A stretch of 64,000 nt of DNA. Source: Eledone cirrhosa (lineage: Eukaryota). The notes under the pieces were generated by a model. That model worked only from the letters and a program-made list of their open reading frames with translations. It had not been told where the DNA came from and did no database searches. A program made the position numbers and the translations under genes. How positions within the stretch are numbered: the first letter of the stretch is position 1; each line of letters opens with the position of its first letter. The stretch spans positions 168,516,001 to 168,580,000 of the forward strand of contig OZ024741.1 of the NCBI GenBank assembly GCA_964016885.1, in the 5' to 3' direction. This document shows, one piece after another, positions 35,194-48,964 of the stretch.

Positions 35194-36871
35194 AAGAATG
35201 AAAAATAAGATATCATCATCATCATCATCATCATCATCATTTTACGTCTGCTTTTCCCTGCTTGCAAGGGTGGGATAGATAGATTGATGAAATTGGAAAA
35301 AATGTCTTTAGATAAAAATAACAGGTCGATTCATGTTGACATCTCTTGCAAAACTGTTATATATATGTGTGTGTCTTTGTGTGTGTTTGTGTGTGTGTGT
35401 GTGAGTATATTGAAGTCTTTGCAGATTTTCTTTCCCTGCTTTTGCCACAACAGGCAGAAATATCGATATCTACAGATATCTATAGATTACTTAATCAATG
35501 TAAAGTTATTTAATTTAATAATTTCTTTTATTAAAAATGTCATGAAGATACAGCAATGATTGTTGTTATTGTTCTATTATGGTGATCTATATACAGACAT
35601 ATACCTATACCTCTTCCTCTCTCTAACTCACTCTATACTTCTCTTTTTCCCTCCTCCAAGTATGTTGACGTATCAACCTACCAGAACACTTCACACAACG
35701 ACACACACACACATATGCACACACACTCACACACATATTATTGTGTACTGATCCAAATTATTCTTGTATATAATATATATATATATATTTATGTGTGCGT
35801 GTGTGTCTGTATGCAAAAAGTAAATGGAAACAACAAAGCAAGCAACGCAGTATAATGACGAAATATATTAGGTTAATGCTTGATATTGTAGGAAAAGAGT
35901 CCACACACTAACTAACAGACTACTGACAGCTCAGAGCCAGAGGTGCGATTTCACTGTTCAGCTAATGGGTGTTTCCATTTTTATTTCAGCCTTTGTGCAA
36001 CAGCTATGACTTCAGTTTTCCATTACATTTTATATTTCTCAACTCAGTGTTCTGTTTTGCGTTGCTCAAATGCACATATGGCCTCTGACTGTGTATATAT
36101 TATTTCTCTGCCTAAACTTAATGGGCTTTAATCATTTAAATTGAAATACAAAATTAATCAAACAATAAGGAAAATATCTGCTTTATTTGTGTCGCTGTCC
36201 TAATCAAAATTCAAGTTGATTGTTAAATTCATTGTCTGAAGTAATGATTTTAATAACTGGCTTTTATTTCATAATTACCATTGATGAAATAAATTTACTT
36301 CACTTCACATCTGGCTATTATTGTCAGATTGGATTGTTTTCAAGTTATATTCAACTCATTAGGGTATTCGAATTAATGTTTAAACTGTCACTTGATATCA
36401 AAAGTAATTTTTTCCATTCAGGTAGTGAGTCACCTCCACAGATAAAGCTTTTGTTTAACTGTTAAAGACTCATTTTTCATTTAAAATATTACATGCAACC
36501 ATGGCTGTGAGGTTAAGGAATTTGCTTGTTGTTCTAGGTTCAGTTTCATAATGCAACACTTTAGGCATCTGTCTTCTAACATAACCTTGGGTCAACCAAT
36601 ACCTTGTGGGTAGGCAAAAGTTACAGAAGAAATATGATGATGATGATGATGATATATATATATATATGATGAGGATGATATATAATCATCATCATACTAA
36701 TTATCATCATTTAATGTTAATTTTCCTTGTTAGAAAAGGCTGGATATGTCATCACAGACCTAATCAGTACTTAATTGCGCTACTGACCTCCCAGACAGGC
36801 TGGTTTTCTACATCTTGCTTATATACATTCCCGCACTCTACTGAGTGCACCAGGTGCATTTTATCATATCA

Positions 36872-36980
36872 CTATGGCTTCATGGTTAGAGAGTTGGATT
36901 CGCAATCATGATGAGGTTGTGAGTTCAATTCTTGGATTGTTGTGTCTTTGAGCAAGACATTTTATTTCACATTGCTCCTT
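36872..36980 (+). mobile_element. CORE-type tRNA SINE, 5' part
   Basis: tggcttcatggttagagagt..gagttcaattc..gtgtctttgagcaagacattttatttcacattgctcc. Confidence 0.7.
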
Positions 36981-37135
36981 CTGCCAGGAGTTATGACCAG
37001 TAGTTAGTATCAGCAATGGAAAGACCAATGGAAACGTTGTTTCTTTGGTTCAATTTGATAAAGTCTACCCCACTCAGCAAGTGGATGAGGTCTAGGATCT
37101 TGTCATCGATCAGAGGGAGAGAGAAAGAGTGAGCA

Positions 37136-37565
37136 AGTACTAGAGAGGTTGTCTTGTCTTTGACACAGCTGAAGAGTCTGCTAAACCCTTTGTTTGGCAA
37201 GTTTTCTATCATTGGATACTCTTCTTATCACCAACCAATTTACAGAGTGTACTGGATGCATTTATCATATAGTTCACTAGAGAGATTGTCATGCCCTTGA
37301 CCCCTTTTTGGTCAAGGGTTTGTAGTTCACTCTTGTCCCTTTTCGGCATAGTTTCTACAGTTAGAGGCCCTTCCCATCATCAACAACTTTACAGGCTGTA
37401 TTGGGTGCATTTTCCATCTGTCAAGCACAAGAGAGGTTGTCCTGTCATGATTGAAAATACCTGTCAATCCTTTTTGGCATGATTTCTATAACTGTGAGTC
37501 CTTCCTAACACCAACCACGTTACAGAATATACTGGGTGAATTTTATCATGGCGCTAGCACTCAGG
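37136..37565. repeat. Diverged tandem array of ~130-bp units derived from the RTE/SINE 3' UTR (antisense)
   Basis: Repeats of cactagagag.ttgtc..ttttggca.gtttcta..cttcct..caccaacca.tttacagagtgtactgggtgcattt. Confidence 0.6.
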
Positions 37566-38069
37566 GGATTGTTAGTCATAGACTTGACTGATGGGCTCTT
37601 CCTATTCAATGGGAGGGTGGGGCTTGTATGGTGGGAATTAGATGAACAAAGCAAAAAAGATGATAGATATATCATAAGTAAGTTACAAGAGGTTGAGGGT
37701 GAGTAACAACTTCAATGTCATGGGGTTCAAGTTGTGATGTGGGATGAGGCCAGAGGGAAGGAGGGAAAAAGCATATCATGGGTGTAAGACAGGTGTGGTG
37801 GAGTTTGATTGGGTGATGGGGTGGGGTTTGAGAGGGTGGAGAGGATTCTGGGTAGAGTGGGATGTGCAGTAATAGAGAGTGTAGTTTCTAAGGAACAATT
37901 ATGTGGGCACATGTTTTTATGCTAGCAGGCAAGTTTTCTCCAATCCTTTGTCATTTCTGTTGTATGATTCAGCTTCCCAGGGTTGCTCTTCACTAGTTCA
38001 TCCCATGTTTTCCAGTGTCCCATCCAGTAAGATTTCTCTGCATTTCTTTATACAGCTGTCGTCTTACAT

Positions 38070-38790
38070 ACAAATCACATGTCCATAACATTACAGTCTT
38101 ATTTCTTGTACATTGCATTGGGCCCCTTTTATACAAAGTGTTTTCTTCAGCTCATTTGTGTTATCCCATTCATACACACTAACATTATAAATCCACCAGA
38201 GCATGTCTGCTTCCTTTTTTTTATAGACTTTGCAGGTCTTGAGTAGTCAAGGCTCATCTCTCACTACCATGTAGCATTGCAGTTTGCACACAGGCACCAG
38301 GCATTCTACCTTTCACTCCAAGGAAGAAGCCCTTCAATGTCAGCAGAGGTACTAGCTCCCCAAATTTCTCTCAGCCCATTCTTATTCTGGCTACCACACG
38401 TTCAGAGCATTCTTCCCCTCTGCTGATTATGTCATCTAAGTAACAAAAATTGCCAACAACTTCTGCGATTGAAAATAATCACTGTACTCGTTAACTCTAA
38501 TCCTGCTGGCTACACCTCCATATATGGCTTGCACAGCTCTCATGAGCTAATCATACTCACCTAGCTTCCTTAGTGCCCACCAAATTACAGTGTAGGGGCC
38601 CTTGTCAAAAAAATTTCTTCAGACCCACAAAAGCCAGATATTCTAATCTAAGTATTTCTGCAGTTGTCTCACAAGGAAGAGTGTATTGTTAGTATCCCCA
38701 ACTAGTATACAGCCAAACTGCATCTTGTTTAGCTTCATTCTGTTTATAATTAGGTGTGTTATAACCGTTTCAGTAACTTTCATGGCAAAT
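38070..38790 (-). mobile_element. Degenerate RTE RT fragment
   Basis: AMKVTETVI..MQFG..LFLVRQLQKYL plus downstream RTE-like segments. Confidence 0.78.
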
Positions 38791-38803
38791 TCTTTTTCCT
38801 TCT

Positions 38804-39028
38804 TTAACCCTTTAGCATTTAAACCAGCTGTATCCAGCCAGAATTCCCTCACCTCTTTCTGTTCAAACCAGCTGTAACCAGCCACTCATACTGACGTTAA
38901 GATATTGTTCTCAAAATAAATAATATCAAAATCTTATAGATTCGATATTATGTGAGATATTACGTGAGGTAAATCCTTTACTGTAAAAATACAATAATAA
39001 ATATAGACTAATATAAATGGTTAAGGGT
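38804..39028. mobile_element. piggyBac-like MITE family A copy
   Basis: ttaaccctttagcattta start; internal sequence is the reverse complement of 28488-28694. Confidence 0.7.
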
Positions 39029-39562
39029 CTCCAACCTACTTTATAAGCTATTTTATAGCATCTCTGTGAATTAGCACACCATTCTTTATATTAAATATAT
39101 ATGTGTGTGTGTGTGCATGCGTGTGTGTCTGTTTGTGTGTGTGTGTGTGCATGTGTGCATGTGTGTGTGTGTGTGTGTGCGTTTGTGCAGATTGAGTGGT
39201 TTAGGAAACAATTTGCATTATTTACTGTATTTAGATTCAACCTTAACAGTTCTAATTTGAAGTTCTGTCTTCATTGATTGAGTATAGCATTCATCAGAGG
39301 AATGAATAAATTAAATAAAAGACATATAACTAAGACCAATTCTATCTATTCCTTTAATCGTGTCATCTAGGAATGATCGATGAAATCAACATATATATTA
39401 CAGCATTGGCAGTTTCATATCAACTTCAATACTAAAGTCGTCTATCATTAATCACTTTTAATCTGCAGACTTTATTTTAATTTATTTTATTCCATTTTTC
39501 AAAATAACTGCATTGTATCTAACATGAAATTTTGAATGTGAGCGTATCTTTGGTATTAATAT

Positions 39563-40252
39563 ATAATTGTTTCTACTTTTTGGCACTAGGCCAGCAATTA
39601 TCCCAGTGTATTACTGGTTCTTTATGTTATCGACCCTGTAAGGATGAAAGGCAAAGTCAACCTCGGCGGTATTAATATATAATGGATGAACAAAGCAGAA
39701 TTATTTCTTTTGTAAGTTTTACTCTGAAATATCTGTTAGCTTCCCTTAATTCTTAGATATGTAAGTTTCAGTTAATTATCTGAGAGATCATACAGGAATG
39801 AAAGTGTAGTTAGTACTAGTTGTTGTTGTTAAGACTAAGAGCGAGTATATTAGAAACTGCAAATCTAGAACTAAATTATTGAACTTTTGAAGATAATACT
39901 GTTTGGATTTGGTGGAGAATTGTCTGCCAGGTGTTTTTTTCCATAAATGTTACTTTATCATATTTTAAATAATATAATTGTTTCTACTTTTGGCACAAGG
40001 CCAGCAATTACCCAGTGTATTACTGGTACTTTATTTTATCGACCCCGTAAGGATGAAAGGCAAAGTTAACCTTGGTGGGATTTGAACTCAGATCATAAAG
40101 GGACGTAACTACGCTGGAAAGCATGTCTGACTCTCTACCAATACTGCCAATTCACCACCCTTATTTTAAATAATTGTTTCTACTTTAGGCACAAGGCCAG
40201 CAATTATCCAGTACATTACTGGTACTTTATTTCATCGACCCCGTAAGGATGA
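39563..40252 (-). mobile_element. Cluster of Nin-domain SINE copies (39563-39670, 39975-40162, 40170-40252)
   Basis: Same family as 27730-28140. Confidence 0.8.
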
Positions 40253-40319
40253 ATATTTTAAATAATATAGGTGAATTTGGTGGATGAAATACTTCAGCTA
40301 AGATGTCATTGACTAAGAG

Positions 40320-40822
40320 AATGCTGAAGATCAGAGGTATGTTTTCACTGCTCAGTTCAGGTGACACTAACTAATAGACTGCTGACTATTTAGGTCAAGA
40401 GATGTGTTTTCACTCCTCAGCTAAAGTGACACTGATTAACAGAATGCTGAGGGTCAGAGTCATGTTTTACTACTTAGCTAAGGCAACACTGACTAACAGA
40501 TTGGGGGCTGCTAAAGGCAAGAGGTTTGTTTTCACTACTTGTTCAGGTGGTGAATTGGCAGTATCAGTAGAGGGTGGGACGCCATGCTTTCTAGCATAGT
40601 TACGTCCCTTTACAGCCTGAGTTCAAATCCCGCCGAGGTTAACTGTGCCTTTCATCCTTACGGGGGTCGATAAAATAAAGTACCAGTAATGTACTGGGTA
40701 ATTGCTGGCCTTGTTCCAGACTATTGAGGTCCAGAGATGTGTTCTCGCTCCTCAGCTAAAGTGACACTAATTAACTGACTAGGGACTGCTAAAGGCCAGA
40801 GGTGTGATTTCACAGCTCAGTT
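40320..40822. repeat. ~60-bp minisatellite interrupted by a Nin-SINE (40545-40717, +)
   Basis: Unit approximately gctgaggtcagaggtgtgttttcactgctcagctaaagtgacactaactaacagact; one related unit near 35905-35965. Confidence 0.72.
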
Positions 40823-42257
40823 TCTCTGCTGTTATTTTTCAAATCTTTTTTTACCTAGCTCAGTGATCCACTACAAAATTGTCCAAATGCCTAAAAATAT
40901 AACCAAAATATCTAATCAATATATAAATCTATTTCACACTAGATAATCAAAAAGTAGGCTTCTGAACAAAAAATGATTTCTTCTAAACAAAAAATGATTT
41001 CATCTTAATATGATTGACATAAATAATGCCAGTTTGAAAAAAAAAGAAGCTAAAAAGTAAGTAAACAAATTTTTGATTTGAACAAACTCTTTATATACTA
41101 CAAAACAATATTGACATCAGTGCACACACACAAATCATCATCATCCTCACCCATATCATTACTTAACATCTGTTTCCCTGCTACCAAGGGTTGGATGGGT
41201 TATAGATACCAAGTCAATACACAAGAGAGGCTACTGATCTCCCAGACAGTTGTAGAAAGATTGCCAAACAAAGGGTTGGGAGGAGAACCTCTCTTGTGCA
41301 CTTAATAGAATGTGAGACCATACATAAGTGAGGTGCAGACCTGCCAGCCTTAATGGGATGTCAGTAGCCCTGCTTCAGTACTGATTTGCTCTATGTAGCC
41401 CTGCCCAACCCTTGCTAGCAGGGAAAGTGGACATTAAATAATGATGATGATGATTGTGATGATGTACTGTCATTTTGGAGTGTTGTTTTCCATTTACTTT
41501 TCACCACATATCTCCCTCTCTCTCATCATTGTTTCCTACCCAGAAAAGCTTGTATTTACATTGTCTGTATATGAGTATACTTGCTGAGGCACCCCTCCAT
41601 CTTACCTCTTGAACACAGCATACATCCATTCATTGCCACTCAAGCAACTCAACAATTTCTCCAGATCTGTCTATCAGTGTGTCCATCTTGAGTGAAACAG
41701 CCAGCCCTAGATTGTTTACCTGATAGTGGTGATTATATACTTTAATAGTAGTTCTTTGTGCCTGAAAGGGAATATGGGTGGTTGATTGATGACAGCTGAG
41801 GAGTTCTTGCACTTGGTTCAATTAGTCAACCCATTCACATTGGCAACACTAACATAACTATAATTAGTCCTGTATATGCAGTTAGTGAGAGACTTATATG
41901 TTGTATTTTCCATATCTTGGTCAAGTTTTTTCGGTTGGATTCCCTCCCTATCACCAGCTACTTTACAGCTTGAAGTGGGTATGTTTTTCATGCCACCAAT
42001 GCTAGAGAACATGTATGACCAGACCCAAAGGTCCTCTGTACCCTCTATCAGTCACTGCCCTCCTAGACAAGTTGCTTTCCCCATGGCTTGTGGAGCTCAT
42101 GTCTGTCTCATGAAGTCTTATTTGATTTGGAGTCACTGCCCTCCTAGACACTTTGCCTTCTGCATGGCTTATAAAACACACACCAGTCTTATGCAGTTTT
42201 ATTTTAGAATTTGTTTCAACATGCTGGCGCATGTATGAGTATTTTATTATAAATATG

Positions 42258-42450
42258 CAGTGGATTGGCAGTATCGGTAGAGGGTCGGACAACATGCTTA
42301 GCAGCAAAGAGTTAGGGCCCTTTGCAGTCTGAGTTCAAATCCTGCCGAGGTTAACTTTGCCTTTCATCCTTACGGGGTCGACAAAATAAAGTACCAGTAT
42401 TACACTGGGATAATTGCTGGCCTTGTGCCAAAAGTAGAAACCATTATTAT
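42258..42450 (+). mobile_element. Nin-domain SINE
   Basis: Full head, Nin domain and (ATT)n tail. Confidence 0.85.
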
Positions 42451-42908
42451 AAAAACGCAAACACAGACATACTTACAAAAATACACTCACAGACATACAT
42501 TCACACAAACACACAAACACATACATTTATACACATACATACACATACACTGACACACAGGTGTAGTGAATGTTAGACACTGTTTTCTGTAGTCTGTCAT
42601 CACTCCTTCCTTCCTCAGTCACCTCTAGTGTGTGATGGAAGGACAGAGGGATGGAAGTCACTCAAATTTTTATATAGATTCATAGTAAATGCTCTTCCAG
42701 ATGGACTGCTTTCTCCCTGGAATTACAAATCCTCATCTCCACTAAACTGTCATATTTTATTATGAGTAGCTGCACTCCCATTCAGGCTACCACATACGTG
42801 TCTCACGGAACCCTTGTTGGCCAGTCCCAGAGTACATAGTTACAATCTGCACTGTGAGCTGCCAATAAGCATATCACAGAGGCTCGTGAGTAAACCGTCA
42901 TACTAGAG

Positions 42909-43589
42909 CAGGGGTCAGCAATCCCTGGACCCGCGAGCCACATCCAGCCTGCAAAGGATTTTCGTCCGGCCCACCAATAGGTTTCAATCTTCAGCTAAGT
43001 GATCCCTGAAAAAGTGCTCTGAATTATTTTGGATTAGAATACTGACTGTAGACCACGTCTAGCCACAAGACTTACTTAACTGAACGTAATATTTTGTGTG
43101 ACAGTAACAAATAATCAAACTCAGACAGATAGAATAGTCAGACAACGAGGTCAAGGGGACTGTGTGTATTTGTGTATATACGTGCATACATAGTATGTGT
43201 GTGGTAGGGATGTGGAATAACCCAGACTTAGTTAAAACAAGTCAGTGTGTCTGGCATACAATTATTTCATTTCATCCTCAAAATTTTTCATTTTAGTTTG
43301 CTGTCTGTGATTGTATTCGATAACAATCAATGTTAATATATTTTTCTATGCTAAAAGTGTTCAGTATTATTAGAAGTAATTTTTTTCATCGAACAAATGG
43401 CAACCCTGATCTAAATACACTGCCAGGTATCGTAGTTTTGTCACTGTTTATTAAAAATGTCATAGTATTTTATTATATTACAGTATTCATTTTTACATAT
43501 GTTCTCATTACTTATTTGATATCATGGCCTGCTGATGAGACACTGCATAGCAATGTGGCCCACACACAGCAAAAGGTTGCTGACCCCTG
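42909..43589. mobile_element. hAT (Buster/Charlie-type) MITE, 681 bp
   Basis: Perfect 13-bp TIR CAGGGGTCAGCAA/TTGCTGACCCCTG; 8-bp TSD tactagag/tactagat with central TA. Confidence 0.92.
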
Positions 43590-45301
43590 TACTAGATGGT
43601 GGTGGTATAGAGGCAAGAGAGTGTTTACATGGCAAAAGTCAGATTTATCATGACAATAGAGATTTTTTATACATTAGTTATGAATATTAATAGCTGAATA
43701 ACAAAATGAAATAAAATGAAAATCGAAGGCTTAGCTTAGCTTTGCTTCATGCCTATTTTGGGAATGCATACATTGAAGGTGCAGACAAAAAGAGAATCTA
43801 AGTGTGAAAGAGAGAGTGACAAGGAGAGAGAGAGAGGCAGTAAGGGGTAGATAGATAGATGCCAGGGCAAGAAGATTCAAGAAAGTTCACCTGATTTATT
43901 GTAGCAATAGAGATTTTGTAGATATTAGTTATAAACATTAATAACTGACTAAAAAAATACATACATTTATAAAGTATTGATAATAAATACAGAAACAAAA
44001 ATCCAGAGAAGACTCGATAAGTGTTGTATATATACATATATATATTTATATATATATATTTTTAAATGAGACCAAATAGTGATATGTACATATATATCTA
44101 AATATCAATATTATTATTGTCGATAAAATAAAGTACCAGTAATGTACTGGGTAATTGCTGGCCTTGTGCCTAAAGTAGAAACAATTATTTACAAATGTCT
44201 CATCGTGTTTAATGTGAAATTTGTGTTTATTAATGCATATACCGATTTGTGACAAAGTTTACACAATAATTGTTGTGGCACGTTTGAAGAAATACAAAAG
44301 CATGAAGCCAATCAATCTCTAATGAGAATCTTTACCAAATATTAATGAAAAAATAATAATTATTATAAACGTTGCCTCAAATAGCATATTCATTCACATG
44401 AATTCACGAAGTATATATATATACATTATAAACACACAAGTTTTATTCATAAAACAAAACATCTGTCTAAAGAAATCTAAAAATATGTGGAATTGAAGGG
44501 AAACAATCAAAGTTACAAACTATGCCAAAATACCATCGAATACATCACCAAAAGGTTATATAAAGATGCACATGGTAGACAAAGTTTCCTTCGCTGGTGA
44601 GTTTCTCCAAGATTTTGATACATTTTTTGTGAGCATTCTTTAAAAAATGTGTTAATAGCAACCCTTACATAATAGGATGAGCTATCCACTGGAGAATCTT
44701 CCTCTAACAACCCAGCCAACACATACAAAAAAAAACAAAAAATCAAAAACATATTCATTAGAATTTCACCAAATTCTGAACTGGCGTCAGCATCTTTGAT
44801 CAAAGAAGGCATTCAGAAGATGATTCAGCAGCCAGCTTGACAACCAAAATAGGTAGCATTCACAACTATCACCACCATTAACAAAAGAAAGCCAATGACA
44901 GGAGCAGTGACAAAAAAACAAATACAATAACAACAACAACAACAACTAAAACATATTTGTGTGTGTGTATGTATATATTTACAATTACCAGTCATTGGAA
45001 GCTGGCAAGCCTTTTTCTATGTCCAAATCAGCAACAATTCGGAAAATCTCAACAAAACGATGAGGACACTAAAATACTATCACTCTCATACAACTACAAA
45101 ACCAAGGATTTATTTAATCCTATAAGATGTATATACATATCTTAAATCATCACAACCAAACAAACATCACTGTCACCCTCATCACCACCATCATCATTAA
45201 CATAGTATACACAAGGAGCAATAGAACTACAAGATCATCAAAAGAGGATGTCTCACTGATGATAAATGCAAGGAATTAGCCAGGATCAATTGTACCACAC
45301 A

Positions 45302-45885
45302 TATGAAGGACGATAGCTGTATAACAAAGTGTAGGGCAATAAAGATAGACGGTAGCCACGGAATAGGCAGACCCAGAAAAACCTGGGACGAGCTGATAAA
45401 CTCCGACCTCACACACTTACACCTCACCAAGACAATGTCACTGGACCGAGACCTTTGGCGGTACTCAGTAATAGAGAAGACCCGCCTTACCTAAATACAA
45501 AGTAAAACCTACTACAGCCAGTAGGCATCTCTAACAAAATACACCCCCGTTCCACCACCCCCACCCCATCCACACCGCCCCCTTCTATGTAAAGTTATGT
45601 TGGTGCCACCATCCAGGCCGAAACAAATGAGATCATGTAGGTGTCACGACAAAAAAACACACAGTCCACGCTGTAATGTGGCCGTGTAGGCAACACGGTA
45701 AAAACCTCCCAGACCCACACTGTAAATGTGGTTGGTGTTAGGAAGGGCATCCAACTGTAGAAAACCTGCCAGACAGTCCTATGCGAGCAAGACAATCACT
45801 CTTGCCTCAAGTGGGAAAACCCCCGTCCAAACCCATGCAAGCGTGGAACACGGACGTTAAACGTTGATGATGATGATGATGATGA
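45302..45885 (+). mobile_element. RTE LINE 3' fragment, copy 3
   Basis: MKDDSCITKCRAIKIDGSHGIGRPRKTW; 3' UTR near-identical to 3520-3870; (GAT)n tail. Confidence 0.92.
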
Positions 45886-46164
45886 TATACACATACAGTT
45901 ACATACATATTGATATATATTTATGGCTGTTGATAATTACTCACATATCATCATCATCATCATCATCGTTTAACGTCTATCTTCCACGCTAGCATGCTGT
46001 CTATATAAGATAATCTGTGTACATAAATACATAACTATATTATTAACTATTGATAAATTTTATACTCAGGCCATGAATTATATGTATGCAAACACACATA
46101 CACATGGACATGAAAATGTCCATGTACAAGCATGCACATACAACATATACTTTGGTGTCATAGT

Positions 46165-47440
46165 CAAAATTTGGGAGTGCGTGTGTGTGTTGGTCTTGGA
46201 TCTCTAAGATTTTTCACTGGAAGACACCCTGTTTTTTCTTGTCTAGTGTTGTTGCCTTTGGATCTGGTATAGGTGAGATATGATGCCTCCTTCATATCAT
46301 CACTCTGCCTACTTCCCCTTGAATCCAATTTCTCCTCTCTACCCACCGGAGACAACCAGCCACAAACCCTTGTTGCTGCATAGTGTTCCAGTCCTCAGCT
46401 CCACCCCTCTCCCCCAGGTGACACCTGCAGTACATGCACCACCATGAAAAGTTGGAAGAAAGGCCGGAACTCTTTGGGATGTGACTGTTTCCACCACTTT
46501 TCTTATGTTGACCTGACATGTCAACCGCAAATCCTCAGTCGAGAACGCCCTAGTCTCTAATCAAGCTGGCGCTCCTATTTTGCGCCACTCGCCTTTAGCC
46601 TCATCAACTCTGGCATTGACCAAGGTGGCCTGTCAACAGCAATTTTTGTCAAGGCCAACGTTTTGTCCTTTGGGCAAGCACCCATCCCAATTGTGCCCAA
46701 AGACATCACAACCTCTGCACTCAAGCGACCACGTAAATGCCAAGTTAATCAAGGCTGATGTCTCAACTGCGGTCAGAATGGTCACCTCAAAGACATCATC
46801 CTTTAACCCACTGAGGAGGTCTTATCTGCTCTACGGATCAAGCATCCTAAGATGCCTGCAGACCTCAGACCCATAGCCCCACTTGATCCTCACCTGCTCT
46901 TTGTGGCATCAGATGCAGACATCAAGTCTGTCATTAAGTCCTTCCCTGCCAGCAGCAGCAGAACTACTGATGGTCTCCAAACTGGCCACCACAAGGTGTG
47001 GCTATCACCCCTATCAGCCAAAGCCAGGCGCTACCTTCTGAGTGCAATTGTGGCACTCATCAACAGGTTCATCCTTGTTGCATTGGACTCTTATGCCCGA
47101 GGCCTCTTCTTTTCGGCCAGCCTGATCACTCTCAGGAAGAAAGAGGGTGGCATATGCCCCATCACTGTGGATAATGTCTTTCGAAAGCTAATGGGTAAGG
47201 TGGTCTGCAGGTCCATCATACCTGAACTGGGCGAGGAACTCAGCACAGTGCAGCTAGGGCTCAGCGTGTCTGGTGTGAGGGGGGGATCATACATATACAG
47301 CTAGGCAGTTCTTCAGCAGCTGTCCACCAGAACTGGCATTGAGGGACGGCAGGCACGTCATTGTCAAGCTTGACATGAGGTATGCCTTTAACTGCCTATG
47401 CCATGACCATCAGCTGAGCCCCCTCTGCCAGCATGTGGGC
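46165..47440 (+). mobile_element. Degenerate CRE-clade non-LTR retrotransposon fragment (RT N-terminal half)
   Basis: TDGLQTGHHK, ASLITLRKKEGGICPITVDNVFRKL, QLGLSVSG, VKLDMRYAFN; boundaries approximate. Confidence 0.78.
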
Positions 47441-48127
47441 CTCCATTTGCTCATAAAGCATGAACTCAATAAGACTTTTGTATTTCTGTTTTCTCATTTC
47501 CTTGAACAATATACTATAAATCTCTATCTATCTCTCTCTCTATATATAGATAGATATAGTAAAACATTTCGTTTTAATCATTTTCTAACCCAGAGAAAAG
47601 AGAGAGAGAGACAAAAAAAGGGGGAAAAAATTTTTTTTTCTTTCTCATAATCATCTCTTTCTCCCTATATATATATATATATAATCCTCCCCACCATCAA
47701 ATGTCCATTTTCCCATGCTATATATATATATATATATATCATATGTCTATATATAGAAACTCACACATGAACACATACATGCACAGACACACACACACAA
47801 ATATATGTTCAACCCATGCAAGCATGAAAAAATGAACTTAAAAACGATGATGATATATATATATTGCCCCTGAAAAAATAAACAAACTCGCCTGCCTCTC
47901 CCACCCTAGTACTCATACCACCAGCCACTCCTATCTCCGCAGAGTCCCTCTATGCCAAAATCTCTGTCCCCTGTCCCTAATTAGTTTCATAAGTGAGTCC
48001 TTGCTTGCTCCAACCTATCTCTCACTGAGGTTCTACTTCTTCGTTGTACCTTAGATTTAAGTTGTCTCTTTCATCATTTTATTTTATTCCACTCAAATTC
48101 TATTTATTTATTCATTTATTATTATTA

Positions 48128-48692
48128 TTATGGCCCTTTACGTTCTGAGTTCAAATTCGTCTGAGATGAGCTTTGTCATTCATCCTTACGGGGTTGATAA
48201 AATAAAGCACCAGTAATGCATTGGGGTCAATTTAATTGACTTTCCCTGCCTCAAAATTACTGACCTTGTGCCTATAGTAGAGATCATTATTATTAGGGCG
48301 GTGGATTGGCAGTATCAGTAGAGGGTCGGATGCCATGTTTTCCAGCATAGTTACGTCCCTTTACGATCTGAGTTCAAATCCCGCCAAGGTTGACTTTGCC
48401 TTTCATCCTTACGGGGTCGATAAAATAATTACCAGTAATGCACTAGGTAATTGCTGGCCTTGTGCCTAAAGTAGAAACAATTATTATTATTATGGATTGG
48501 CAGTATCGGTAGATCGCTGAACAGCATGTTTGCAGCATAGAGTTATGGCCCTTTATGTTCTGAGTTCAAATCCCTCCGAGGTTAGCTTTACTTTTCAACC
48601 TTACAGGATTGATAAAATAAAGGACCAGTAATATACTGGGATAAATTTAATCGACTTTCCCCAAATTACTGGCCTTGTGCCTATAGTAGAAA

Positions 48693-48722
<30 letters not shown>
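48128..48722 (+). mobile_element. Three head-to-tail Nin-domain SINEs
   Basis: Copies at ~48128-48295, 48296-48490 and 48493-48722, each ending in (ATT)n. Confidence 0.87.
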
Positions 48723-48724
<2 letters not shown>

Positions 48725-48725
<1 letters not shown>

Positions 48726-48882
48726 CATCATCATCATCATCATCACCGTTTTACGTCCATTCTTCCACGCTAGCATGGGTTAGACGGGTTGTCCTGTTGT
48801 GGGCATTGTCTGGTCGGCTGACCATGCCTTGCTCATACAGGTACTGATTTGGCTTGATTTCTACAGTTGGATGCCCTTCCTA
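48725..48882 (-). mobile_element. RTE-type 3' end with (GAT)n tail
   Basis: Reverse complement matches 56597-56747. Confidence 0.8.
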
Positions 48883-48964
48883 TATGTTATCATCATTGCA
48901 CAGTGTTAACTACCAGTATTTTTCTTCTTACCACCAGGCTTTATCTCAAATCTTACAGTGATAG

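Noticed and set aside
44480-44812. ORF 44513-44812 or a GTGAGT donor as a host exon
   Set aside because: No convincing homology; the plus frame (KLCQNTIEYIT) weakly resembles a decayed Dong-like knuckle but is too degenerate to call
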